From assembly GCA_016748015.1 (NCBI GenBank), contig JAAOMT010000516.1:79068-143067 (forward strand): a stretch of DNA of 64,000 nucleotides, read 5' to 3'. Of the stretch, positions 11,754 to 24,399 are shown one piece after another. Numbering within the stretch: the first letter of the stretch is position 1; each line of letters begins with the position of its first letter. Under the pieces are notes generated by a model that saw only the letters and a program-made list of their open reading frames with translations, was not told the origin of the DNA and did no database searches. The DNA comes from Geosiphon pyriformis uo1. Lineage: Eukaryota; Fungi; Glomeromycota. The position numbers were made by a program, and so were the translations under genes.

Positions 11754-13337
11754 ATGCAAAGGATAGTATTTTATTCCATTTATTTAATTCTTATATTTCA
11801 AATTATTTTTCGATTAAGTCATGTTCAATTAAAAAATATTTTTTCTGACCACTTTTTAACTCAAAAATACAGTCAATATGGAAAATTTTCAATATCCATT
11901 AACAAAAATTTAGAATCTTTTCAATTCCCCTTTTCAGTCATAGCATCTCAAAATGATTCTTTTGTAAAAAGATCGTCACTTCAGTATCCTAAAAAAACGG
12001 CATACACCCTCAAACATCAAGAAGAAATCTTACAATTAATTGCGAAAGCTTTATTTGCTAATTTGGCTTACTGTTTTCCCTATAACGAAATTGGAATTTT
12101 GGTAAATCGGACCAAAATCATTGGTATTTTATATGATAGAATTATCTTTATAATTTTGCATTTTTGAAAATTGTTGAATTAAATTAATTTTCCAGTTCGA
12201 AAACTTTCTCTCTTAATATAAAAGCTGATGTAGCAGCAGACACGGGATCTCATACAATCGTTGCATATTTTAAAGGCCCTCATTTAACAAAATCAGAATG
12301 GAGAAGCAGAACAAGCAAACTTGTATCGTATAGCGTGCAAGGGATGCAAACAAACGCATTAGTTCAAGTGGATGAAGAATGGTTTGTGGATGTGTCAATT
12401 ATGATGGATGCTTTAGTAGAAAAAATTAATTATAACCTCAAGAATAAAGAATATAAGAAAATCATTTTTTGTGGACACGGTGTTGGTGGTGGTAATTAAT
12501 CTTTAAAATGGGTTGGGTTGGATTGGGTTGAGAGGGGTGGAGTGGGATCGGATGCAGGTTGTGATGCATAGAGACTTGGGATTTTTTGTTCTTGAAAATT
12601 TTGTCTTTAAAATTTTGTCTTGAATTCTTCTGATAAAACATTTTATTAATGCTTAATAATAATATATAATTTTTTACATAATTCAAAAAAAACCAATAGC
12701 ATATGCAGCAATAGCAGGTCTATCGTTTGCAATCATCAATCTTCTCCAGCCATTTTCATTATCATTGATCGGCATATCATATTCATCTATTGATCTTTCA
12801 ATTTATACTTTCGGTGAACCAAGAGTCGGAAACATAATGTTTGCTAGAATGATGAATGAATTTGTAAAAGTTACAAGAATAACTCACAAAAATGATTACG
12901 TTCCGCATTTTCCTCAAATTAAAAATGGCCTATCAATAATGCAACATCATGAAGATGAAATATGGATTGGACCGGCTGAGTGTGATTGCGATCCAGATAC
13001 AGTTCTTTTTGAAGGTGATCAAGCAATTTGGAAATGTGGAAAATATAGAGGAAGATGGGAAAGCAAATTACCTTCAATTCAATCATTAGTTGAGAAAAAG
13101 TTTTGGATACCTAACGATGATTTGGCCAATGAAAATGAGGTTATATTGAAAAAAAATCTTGGTCTAAAAAGTTTTTTTTTTTTTACAAATTTATAAGACA
13201 ACTAAATAAAAAATTTTGAAACCTGAAACTTTTAGGAATGTAACGCTGGACAATCTATCACAGGGTCAGATGAGGATCTATTACATTTTGGTCCTTATTT
13301 TAGTATTACGATGAACGATTGTAGTCCATTTCAATGA
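11754..13337 (+). CDS. Secreted Lipase_3-fold pseudoenzyme B (about 392 aa)
   Basis: Exons 11754-12123, 12225-12491, 12700-13139, 13236-13337 (phases 1,1,0; open). N-terminal hydrophobic stretch, KR, ANLAYC, IVAYFKG, VDEEW, IIFCGHGVGG|AYAAIAG, YTFGEPRVGN, RITHKNDYVPHFP, ECNAG, HFGPYF. Confidence 0.85.
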
Positions 13338-14049
13338 GGTATTCGAGCAAGAAAAAAATATTTCACCATATATTCATGTTCAAAATGCCCTGGAATATCA
13401 TTTTTAAAAACTTTTTAATATATATTAATTTTTTGTTTATGAAAATTTTTTTTATTTCTTTTTTTACCCTTAAACTTTTAACAAATCTAGGGAATCCGAG
13501 TTCTTTAAAAAAAGACTTTAAAATTTAAAGTAAAACAGAGTTCATAAGATAAAATTAGGGCTTTGCATTATGTAAACTTCTACACTAAAAATTTTCTTTC
13601 AACATGATTATTTCCATTGGTGATGTCATTTATGCCTAAATGGGAATTTTTATTATTTTTATATAAATACAGTATTTTTATTCTATACGAAGCGAGTAGG
13701 AATAAACCGTTTGAGCATTGTTCAACTTGAGTTTCGAATTCTTTTGTAAGAATATCCACAGATTTAATTAAAATTGATTATTTTTATTATTTTTAAAAAA
13801 TGCTTTATTAAAAATTTCTCTCACATTTAAAAATGTTTTTTTCTTTATAAAGTCAGTCATTTAAATTCAATTTTTTTTTTCTTTAAGCTCCTTTAACTAA
13901 TTTCTATCAGTATAAAGAATATTAAATTTCCTATCATACTCTTCCTTCCTTCCTTCATCACTATCACTCATATTAACGATTAATTGCACTTAACTAATTA
14001 CTAATTTTTCAACTAACAATAAAATAACCATTTTCCGGATTTTTAAAAT

Positions 14050-16170
14050 GATTATTGCAATCTCAATACACACACCTATGAATTATCCGGTCAATCACAA
14101 TTATGCAATGGGTCAAATAAAGAATTGTGCAACATGATCATTTCCGTGGGTAAACCGAGTACAAAAAATCTTTTCATTTATCAACTGCATTGAATACAAG
14201 CGACTCTGGTACATGTATTTGAAATGAAATCAAATGTTTTAAAGGGTCAAATTTGTTTGAAAGAGTAAATCTGCAAAATTATATAATTATCGAACTTCCC
14301 CAATCCCATTTCAAATTGCTTGTTCGAATCTGGAAAAACTATATTCTTTATCCCGTTCAAACACAATTCGTAGGAGATTGTTGCTTTTTGACCAATTCCT
14401 AAAAAAATTTATTATTAAATTTCACCAACACACATATTGTAAAATAATTCGAATTTAGAATTTTTTGAAAATGCTATTTCATGAAACCAAAAATATTTAT
14501 TGGTCCATCATAGACTATTTAGTATGGCATAAATATTGTGGTGAAATCAAATTTTGACTGAGGAGCAATTACTTTGGATTTTTTTACGATAAAACTTAAA
14601 TTAATTCACGCCATTCAGAATCCTTATACTTGAAAAATTCATCATTGAAAAACCCATCAAATGAGCGACAGTAAGAGTCATTTGTAGAGGATGCAAATAA
14701 TTGTTCCTGGTCATTGGAAATTTCAAATTCAGTAATTTAAAGTTACAAATTTAAGAAATCTACAGTCTTCAAAGTCAAGAGCTGCAAAAAGAGTGTCATC
14801 GGTTTTAATTTGTGTTGAGAAGCATGATCATAATTATATCTATGATTAAAATTATTAAGCTCAGGAAAGGCTTTGAACAAAAACAGATTAATTTTAATTA
14901 ATATCCATCAAAAAATATCTAAACGTCCGCTAATTAGTGATTTAATTTTAAACAAGAATTAATATCACGTTTAAAATTCATAAACACAAATTAAAAGTTA
15001 TTTCAATAAAACTTTCGCTACGTATAATACAACTTATCACATTATTTTCTCCTCATTTATGAATATGGCCTCGTATCCAACTAAATGAAATATGCTACCG
15101 ATGAATACATATCCACCATCTATTGAAGGTTTGTTTATATCAAGAGCAAATAGACCATCATTGAAATGGAACAAATTTGGGCAATTGCGATCTGGGAGTG
15201 GAATGAGGTAGAAGAATCGGCCATCCATATTTATAAATATTGAATAAAAGTTTTTGAATTTTGTTCAAAATTGAAAGTAACAAAATGAGGAAAATGAACC
15301 AATATAAAGAATTAAATAACTTACTCGTCAAATTGATTTTTTCGTGTCTTCTTTAAACTTGAAAAAGATTTTCTGAACATATTCTTTCAAATTCAAACGA
15401 TTCTCGGGAGAAATATCTAATACAATTCTCAATTTTAACGGTTGATCTAGGAATTTTGATGGTATACTTGGTTAATAAACATCGTTGATATTTTATCAAG
15501 ATTGTCGGATTTCAGCCACTTGCCCTTTATCCTCACCCAAAACCAAATAATCGTTAACAAGAATATCACGCATAAATTTTGTGCCTTTACCATCAATGGT
15601 AAAGTGTCATCGGCCTTCTAACTCAACTTGACCTAAAAATTTGTTGCCTGACTGATACTCTAGTCGGAATTGAGTTTTTGCATGGAATATTTTTACCCAT
15701 GGGCTGAATGGAAAACATTCTTTCCGGTCGATTTTTATGAGATAAATTTTTTTCATTAAACATAAAAAACTTGAGAATTTCAGTTGAATGGAATCTCGGC
15801 AGTTTTGTGAGCATCTCGTTTAAAGTTTCACTAAAGTTTTTGTATCCCTTAGTAATTTAATTCCCCTCGAATCCTCTACTACCACCTCAGGTTTTGTGGC
15901 AATTAGGAATTTCGAAACAATCAATTACCCGTTTATTTTCAAAAATTGCATCCTTTTATTGGTCAATTTCCTTTAAACCCCGAAATTTTTTTGTTTGGCT
16001 ATCGGTCTTTTCGTATTTCGGATCTCGCATCCCTGTTTTCCTCGGAAGGTATTTTTATTTGTTCTTTTACAAAAGTGACGATTCACGTCCCATCAGGATG
16101 CTCGAGACTTTCTTAGAATTTGATAGGAATTGGATAATTTTTGGGTGAGTGTTTCATTTATCAGGCCATA
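14050..16170 (-). pseudogene. Degraded multi-exon coding region of unknown family
   Basis: More GC-rich than its flanks. Long protein-like stretches broken by stops (LGQVELEGR*HFTIDGKGTKFMRDILVNDYLVLGEDKGQVAEI; PLKLRIVLDISPENRLNLKEYVQKIFF; ORF 15037-15228). GTAAG donor near 15324. Confidence 0.4.
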
Positions 16171-19100
16171 AATTTTAGCTGTGCTATCTTTCTCTACAAA
16201 GCAAATATCTTTGGTATTTTTAATTAAAAAAATATGCTATTTCGGAAATCAGATTCTTATATAAATGCTATAATTTTATATAAAAAGAGACTCGATTACT
16301 CTTGCTCAATATCTATTTTATTGAGTTTGGGAAACTAATCAGATAGTAGATTAATTTGATATCTGTTATATATGCTAGAAATAATTCGAAGTAAGTTATA
16401 CATGCCACAGCTGTTTTGGTGGTATATATGTCTATTAACCTTTTAGGTTCATTAACTGTGTTCAACTGGATTGAGTTTTTTCAACATAACTTGATCGCAA
16501 ATAGTCATAGGCAGCTGTCAGATTAGGTCAAAGTAAATTCAAGTTTAAACGTTTTTAGGTGTTAAATTATTCTAAAGGAATATCAGAAACTTGTTAGTCT
16601 TGAATTATTATTTATTAATCACAGTTATGTTTGGATATCTCATTTAATTAAACTATAATCTTATTTAATCAAACCCATTCACAAATTTCTGAAAAATTAA
16701 AATAATATGTGCATATTTAATAATTTTAGCTTTAATTAAACCAAATAAAAGTTTGAAATTATTTTTAATTTTGAATTCGACTTTTTTATTTGATGAAAAT
16801 AATTTTCAAATAAATTTTGTTCCCTTTACTTTAATAATAATTTATTTAAATTAAGAAAGTGATAATGTATGAATTTTTAATTTAATATTTTATTATTATT
16901 TCAAAATGGACTTTGAATTCATTGTTGGTCAACTTTATCAAATAATTTAATATGAGAAATTTTTTTTAATAATTCTGGATATTAAGATGAATAAGCTTCC
17001 AAGTATTCTTAAATAAAAAAAAATTATTCTTTTAAAATAAATGAGATATAAATATTAGAGTACAGTATATTCTATATTAAATAAATAATATTTTTAAAAT
17101 ATTAACTTTTTATAAATTGAATCTAATATTTAAAATGTAATTTTAAATATATCCACTTACATAAAAAATTTAAAATAGCTATTTACTTAGAAATTGAAAG
17201 TTAAAGACTATAAATCTATTAATATATAATAAATTAATTTAAGAAAATAAAAGTATCATATTAATGCATTTATAAAAATAAATTAAATTTTAATTAAATT
17301 AAAAATTACATTAACATAGAAACTTTTTTTTAATTGTATAAACAAATCTGTTGGAAAATCAATCTTTTAAGTAGTTTTTTAACTTGAAAAAACTTTCACA
17401 TGTTATAAAAGTAAATAGGATATGCTAATAGATCTATGTTCACAATGGGTTGTCAAATGAATTAATCATCTTTTACCCATAAAATGTTATTAAAAGCTGA
17501 GATAAAATAAAAATACCGACAAGTTTCTTGATAAGTTTTTTTGCCATTTAATATAAAATATAAACAAGAATTTTAATCCAAATCAGCAATTAAAGAAAAA
17601 GAAAATTTTTTATCTAATATTTTTTAAATATTAAGAAAAGTTTTGGAATGCATTAATATAATTTACATACAAATGGTTTTTATTAATTATCGAATTTTTA
17701 AAAATTATAAATAAAAATTTGAAAAACTTTAATTTTAAAAAAACTTCAAGTTTTGAATTATGAAATAAAAATATTACTATAAAAAATGCAATGAAGATAA
17801 CAATTCAATTTTTTTTTTAAATTAAAATTTTTTTATCATAATTTTGAATATTTAAATCAAGAATTTATTTTGTAAATAATCAACATATATATTTTGTGAA
17901 GCGCCCAAGACACATGTACTAATTCTAGTAAAAAAATCTCTCAATGTTCCTTATGAGCTATCTTTTTATAAATTTACTAAAGAATAATTGAATAAAGTGA
18001 TCTTAAAATTCAATCATACACTTTATATATCTTATCCTTTATGAATTTTACAGAAAAATTTTTAGCAGCACATAAAACGCAAATCGTTTTGTTTTTGGTG
18101 TTCTATAGAATAACAGCAAGACAATGGTGAAATTCTTTGCCGTTTTTTGCATAATATCAAGGATGAATGACTCAATTAATTAATTTGTTTAAATATGTTT
18201 CACTAGAAAAATAACATAAATACGAACTCTGCCTTTTACAATACTACTTTCTAAGTGAAAGCTTGTAAAAATAGTGGCCTTTAAACATAGCCTTTATTAT
18301 AATAATATATTCACGTTTTATCCTTTATCCGCACAAACCACGGAAAACCTTTGAAATTAAACGAACTCATTCAGAAACTCATTATCGCAACGAGTGTCCA
18401 ATATGTCAAGAGATTATTCGAAACAATGAATGAAATCCATGCTATTAACTTTAGATTTATCTGCTAGAGAAAGGCCAAAGCATTTACCACATTTTTCTGG
18501 TTTGAGTCTCTCCTTTTCCGAATTATGACAGTGCTCAAGTTTTTTCAATATAGCCGACCAAAAGCAAGCCCTTATTCAATCAAATTGCCTTTAATCTCTC
18601 ATAAATTACTAAGTAACGATAAAATTGGAGACTTGTCCAGAAAGAACAAGAGCAGCAAGTTCCACGGAGTGATTACAAACTAAATTCTTAACACTAGCTG
18701 AAGCAAATTTCACACCTACAACCATATTATTTTAGGCCCTTTCAACATCGCTATTTTTCGCATCGAAATGCACAAGAAAAGCACATAGCTATCTCCTCAA
18801 TGCCTCCAAATGTGTAATTTCCAGTACCTCCGCCCCCATTGGCATTCTTGAGACTTCTCAGGTGACTCCGAGCTTTTTTGTCATCTCTGTAGGTTGAAAT
18901 CCAGTCTTCAAAAACATTCTTATGATTATTGAAAATCAAAGTAGTACGATTAATTGAGCCTTGATACCTAATTTCTCATGGTCTAGTTTTTTTTATTTTG
19001 ACAGTTTCTTTGTCGGCATTAACTTTGAGCGAACTTCTTTCCGAAGAAAAAATAAATTCTTACTAGCAAAAATTAAAAAGATTTAGACATTTCAAAACAT

Positions 19101-20354
19101 ACTTTTTCTTAAAGAGCCTAATTAGATAACTATTTTAGCTTATAAGAAAATCAACAAAAACGAAATAAGCAAGCACGGTTTGTTTTAATGCTTCAAAACT
19201 GATTAATGGTTGTGTTAAAAATGATAATTGACCGCAAGCTAATAATTGGTTCTTGTAAGGAGTGACTAGAGTTTTGGTTTACTATGCAAGCTCATATAAC
19301 GTTTCTATATGAATATTTTTCAGTCCAGTTCATCTTTTTCCTCACGTTAAATGTTTTTGTCTGAAAAATAAGCTTCTGGCTCAATCCATTACCCAAGAAT
19401 TAGAAAAATGAGGAAAATTTTAATTTTCACTTTAAAACAATTAAACCAAGACCAGGAAGCTGACTGGGAATGAAAAGAAATCGAACAAGCTTGCCTTACC
19501 TATAAAAAGTCTTAACAACGCAACAATTGGCTATCCCAAAAGTTAGCAAGTTTATGGTAGATGAAAAAATTATAGATAGTTGGGGGCTATAGAAGTTATT
19601 GAGAGTTAAACTTTAGATGCTTTCTATATCAGTATTCCTCGAATCTAAGTTATGGAGCACACCAATTTAATTAATATGATAATCGAAACTTGGAGCGTCA
19701 GATTCTGCTGAGCAATGCAGTTTCTACTACACTCTTGTCCAAAAGAGATGGGGTGAAAAATATTTTAGGTTTTCAGTTTAAAATGGGGCACTATAAATAA
19801 TACTGTTTTTTTAACGATTGAAGCATCACCCAATGTTCATTAGCACAATAGAAGATATGATGATTTAGTTACATTTTTGGGAGCAGGGAGTCCATGAAGC
19901 TACGAAATATAATCTTTGACAAAGGATAATTTATTATATTATTCCAAGACTTGGAAAAAATCGTAATATAAAGCGCAAAAGAGGAAATAGCAAGCATAAG
20001 AATCTCACAACTAATAATTCTTGTATAATCGGTCACTATATTCAAAGAGTAAATTAGCGGAAATGGAAATAAAAGTTCCTTTATGAACAATTTCAAGGAA
20101 TCTGGTCGAGCATGCATCTTACCTCAATTCAACAAAGAAAGCGTTGCATGGGCCATTTTTGCACACCATCTTGTATTAGAAGAAAGAACCACAAATGAAA
20201 TATCAAATTTATACTAGAATTGTTTATCAAAATACTAAACATAGATTTAAATTAAAAATTTGGGAATATATGATCTTATATCATCTATCAATTTCCATAT
20301 CGTAAAATTTATCTCGAAATAACCGTTAAATCACCTCTTTCGATCATTTGGTCT

Positions 20355-21841
20355 TTATTCTTTGAACATTGAATCTTTCATGGTAGAACAATTCATCTGA
20401 ATTCCAAAATATGGCCCTATATGAGAGGCTTGTGAAAGCGGCGAATCTATCAGTGTAGTTCCAGCATGACAATTCTTAATAATAATAGAATTTTATAAAC
20501 AGAAAAGTAACGTTTTTAATTAATCAGTTTTCTTTAAGAATTTTAAACTTGAAAATTTTTTAGTTCTAGAAACCTAAAGCTTACCTGATTTTCATCAATA
20601 AAAAAACCATCTTCACCTCTCGCTTCAGGCAAACATTTATACAATATATAATCCGCCATATCATTAACCTCTCCACAATTACAATTTGCATTTGAAATCC
20701 AATATTCGGTCTTCGGGTGTTGATATTTTTCAGCTTTTGTTGGCATATGAGGGAACCAATCATTATTATTTACTACTCGAAGATGTTCCGGGAACATAGC
20801 TGAAATATGATTTGCAAAAGCTCGGTCACCTGGACGAGGAGCACCATACGTTACCAAGTTTGTGTATGGACGCATAGTGGGATGTCTTCTTTGAAACGAA
20901 AGTCCTGCTAAAATTGCGTATACTAAAAAAAATTGTTTTAGGAAAGTGAAAAACATTAAAAACCAAAATTGAAGCTTTTTTGCCCTCACTTCTTTAGTCC
21001 ATTTACTTACCTCCACCCTCCCCATGTCCAGTGAACACTACTTGATAAAGCACATCATAATTATTCATGGCTGAATCAATCTTAACATTGATTTCTGCTT
21101 CACGATATAGATAATTTCGAAACCATTCTGAGTCAACCCCAGCTCGAATATTGTTATTTGTGTCAGGATACAAACTCAAATGGTTTATTCTTCGCCGTCT
21201 ATCAGTTGGAGAACCTTTTTTACCCTTTATGAAGACCATCAATCGGTGAAGATGTTTCGTAATCACTTTTTCCTTAATCCCGACTGGATAAGTTGTTCAA
21301 ATACCCATGATTTAAAAATTCAATGTATAGGTGCAAGATATTCAGATATTTTAATCTATTTAACCTCACATGTGATCTCCTGAGGAAAGTATGTTTTTTC
21401 AGCTGAGAGACAATAAGCTTCTCTTGAATAACTCGCCATTTCTTTCAAATAGTCCAAGATCGCAACGTCATTCACTGGTACTTTGCTTTCTTCATCTTCA
21501 ATTTGGGTCGCCACTAACGAGATGCGTTTGAAATGTTTTTTTGTAACCTTCAATGCCTTGAAATCTACCAAAGGATCTTTTATCTTAATCAAATATTTTT
21601 GATAATTGTAATGAATTTTATGGTTTGAATAGGCCAAATAGTTTACTTCATTTGGACTTTTAAAAAGAAATCTTTCGGCACTTAATAAATTTTTGAAAAT
21701 CAGAAAATGGAATCCCCAAATAATGAATCCCCAAAAAATTATCCTAAAATGTGGTAAAATGTGTTTTTCGCTATATACTATGACCAGTTCTCGTCCAGCG
21801 GCTGATACAAAGCAACATAAAGTTCTTTTAAATCTATTCAT
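20355..21841 (-). CDS. Lipase_3-fold pseudoenzyme C (about 400 aa), signal peptide or anchor
   Basis: Exons 21841-21370, 21283-21011, 20922-20585, 20474-20355 (phases 1,1,0; open). Motifs SREAYC, MVFIKG, VDSEW, VVFTGHGEGG|VYAILAG, VTYGAPRPGD, RVVNNNDWFPHMP, NCHAG, HIGPYFG. Start codon choice is uncertain. Confidence 0.85.
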
Positions 21842-22366
21842 GATTGAATAATGAAGAATTCTTTTAAAATTTTCATTTTTATTAAACTCCCAAATGCTTA
21901 TGATAATCAAAGTTTGAATCTCTCAAAACAGACCTTTGCTCATATTATAGTGTTCTTTTCTATCAGTTACAGAAAAGGTAAATCACAAGAGTCAGATTCC
22001 AAACAAAAAAAAATATTGGCACAAAGGGATAAATATTTAATCATACATGAAGATTGACCTCAACAATGACCAAAAAGCTTATACCAACAATTTTTGGCAA
22101 CGAATGCAATTTTTTCATTTTATTCAGATGGATGATTCCCAGAAACATTTTAGCGCTGAATGATCTGCTGTGGTTCAATAAAAGCAATATTGAAGAAATC
22201 TTTCTTTGAAATGTGCAAATTCCCATCCTCTATATATGTTCCCAAAAGTTTATAATAAATAGCCTTCGAAATTCATATCTACAAGATGCTCATCTCATTG
22301 GCCCGTAACATGGTTCGTCATCGGAAATAAATTTCTTTTCTATGAATATTTAAAATGGAATTCATT

Positions 22367-23801
22367 TTAAAATAATGACCATTCCACTGGACCGCAATCA
22401 CCCATTGTCACTCCAAAATAAGGTCCATCATGAGGATCAGGTTGAGAACTCCCTGAATCGGTTGTACCTGCATTACATTCCTATTTGAGGGATTTAAAAA
22501 TGAATATAATGGAAATGACTGTCCAAAGAAAAAGATTCTCTCACCAAATTTTCCCCACTTGTTAAGTTACGGGATGTTCGATAACCAGGACATTCCCAAA
22601 GTAGATTTCCGTCTGGCATCGGTTTCAAAGTTTGATTTATATCTGATGACTTACAGTCACAGTCTGGTCTTGCTATCCAATATTCATACTCGTGATGTTG
22701 GAATTCAAAATTTGAAAGAAAATCTCGTGGAATGAAGTCGTTAGTATGTGTCACCCGATAAATAAAGATTTCTCGATTCATAGTAGATGCAAATGCTGAC
22801 AACCCAACACGTGGTTGTCCAAATGTAACTATCGATACAAGTATCCTTTGATTTGGTGTATTCGATTGATAGGTTCTTAGGTTTTTGTAAATTGCTGGGG
22901 TAGCCAGAACCGCGTATGCTTCAAATTAAGGTATGGATTAGATTTGAAAAATAACTTTCAGGAATCCAGGCAAAAAAATAGGAATGATTCAAGATCGTGA
23001 TCCTATACCTCCCCCAATTCCATGACCAATGGAATATATCTTTGTTACACCAAAAGTTCTGCCGTTCGGAACCTCAGGTTTGGTGGATAAAAACCTTTCG
23101 ATCCTGGAAATTAATTCCGGTAAAAATTCGTTCACGTCCGCATTCCATACAGCATCAACGAATGTATCTTTTCCATGAAGGCTATTTGCGTATCTTGATA
23201 ATCGAATCTCCCGTTTTTCCCATTGATTTCTTGTTAATCTATTTCCCTTAAATATTACGAAAATGTTTTTAGTCAAGGGTTCCTGCAAAACATTGACTAA
23301 GACGAAGAAAATTTATGAGAGTGATTAGAATCATGTGAATCATGAATTTATTTGATAGACCCAAAGTGAATAAATCATAAAACCTTCAACATCTTTTAAT
23401 TTCACTTCTTGATCAGTATCATCACCACAATATGCCATATTAGCATATTTCGCCATTTTATGTAAAAAATTAATTTTAGATGGTGTCCAATTTCGGATTT
23501 TCTTTGGATATGCTCTTTCCTTTTTCCTAAGATAATTTCGTCCTACTATACTTCTTGTAAGACTGTCCCTTGTTAAATAAGTTTTGGAAACAAGGCTTGG
23601 ATCTTGAAGGCTTGTGCATTCTTTATGTTGTGGTTGATTGAGCGAAAATATTTTTATGCCGGATGTTTTTGATACATCTTTTCCATCTAACGAAATTTCT
23701 TTTACTCCAGAAACCCATGTCAAATATAGGATAAGAATGAAACTTGTACTTAGGAAAGCACAAGGCTTCCAAACGAAAGTTTGGCTATTCATTTTTCCCA
23801 T
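22367..23801 (-). CDS. Secreted Lipase_3-fold pseudoenzyme D (about 397 aa)
   Basis: Exons 23801-23384, 23296-23009, 22918-22545, 22480-22367 (phases 1,1,0; open). Motifs FILILYLTWVSG, ANMAYC, FVIFKG, VDAVW, YSIGHGIGG|AYAVLA, VTFGQPRVG, RVTHTNDFIPR, ECNAG, HDGPYFG. Confidence 0.85.
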
Positions 23802-24399
23802 TTGAGTGTTGAATTAAACTAATTTTATGGCGAATTGTTTATCAAGAGATCTGTGATTAAAACAAAACGATCCTTTGTTATCAATTATTTATTTTCCATG
23901 ACAAACGGCTTTTCACTCATATAGATTCGATAAACATTGAGAAAAAGAAGATTTCTGAGCCGAATGCTTTTCTTGTTAAAACCAATGATATTTTTCAAGA
24001 TAATAAGTTACGCTTTGTGATATTTTCAACTGGACTTGGAAGCGCTTTTTTGATACATGTATTATTAAGCTACAAAATATTTCTAATAAAAATTCTTAAC
24101 CCCCAAAGCAGACTAGGATGACTCGAACCGTACTTTTGTATTCATAGATTTATATTTGAATCTGACTTGCTTTGACTGACGATATTCCCTTTATAATAGA
24201 AGCTCAACTTATTGGAATTTATGATCAAACTTTGAGCGTTTTAGAATTTACAAATAAAAGTCAAGAAATTACTTGATCACCAAATTTATATTACTATAGA
24301 TTTTGTTAGGAAAAAATATTTGCACATCTTTCTACTAGGAAAATTTAGCTAAAGAATTTATATATTTAAAAACGTACAATTTGGATTTTTGAAAAATAC

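Noticed and set aside
18000-19100. CPIC-containing and other short peptides
   Set aside because: No complete RING pattern or sustained reading frame.
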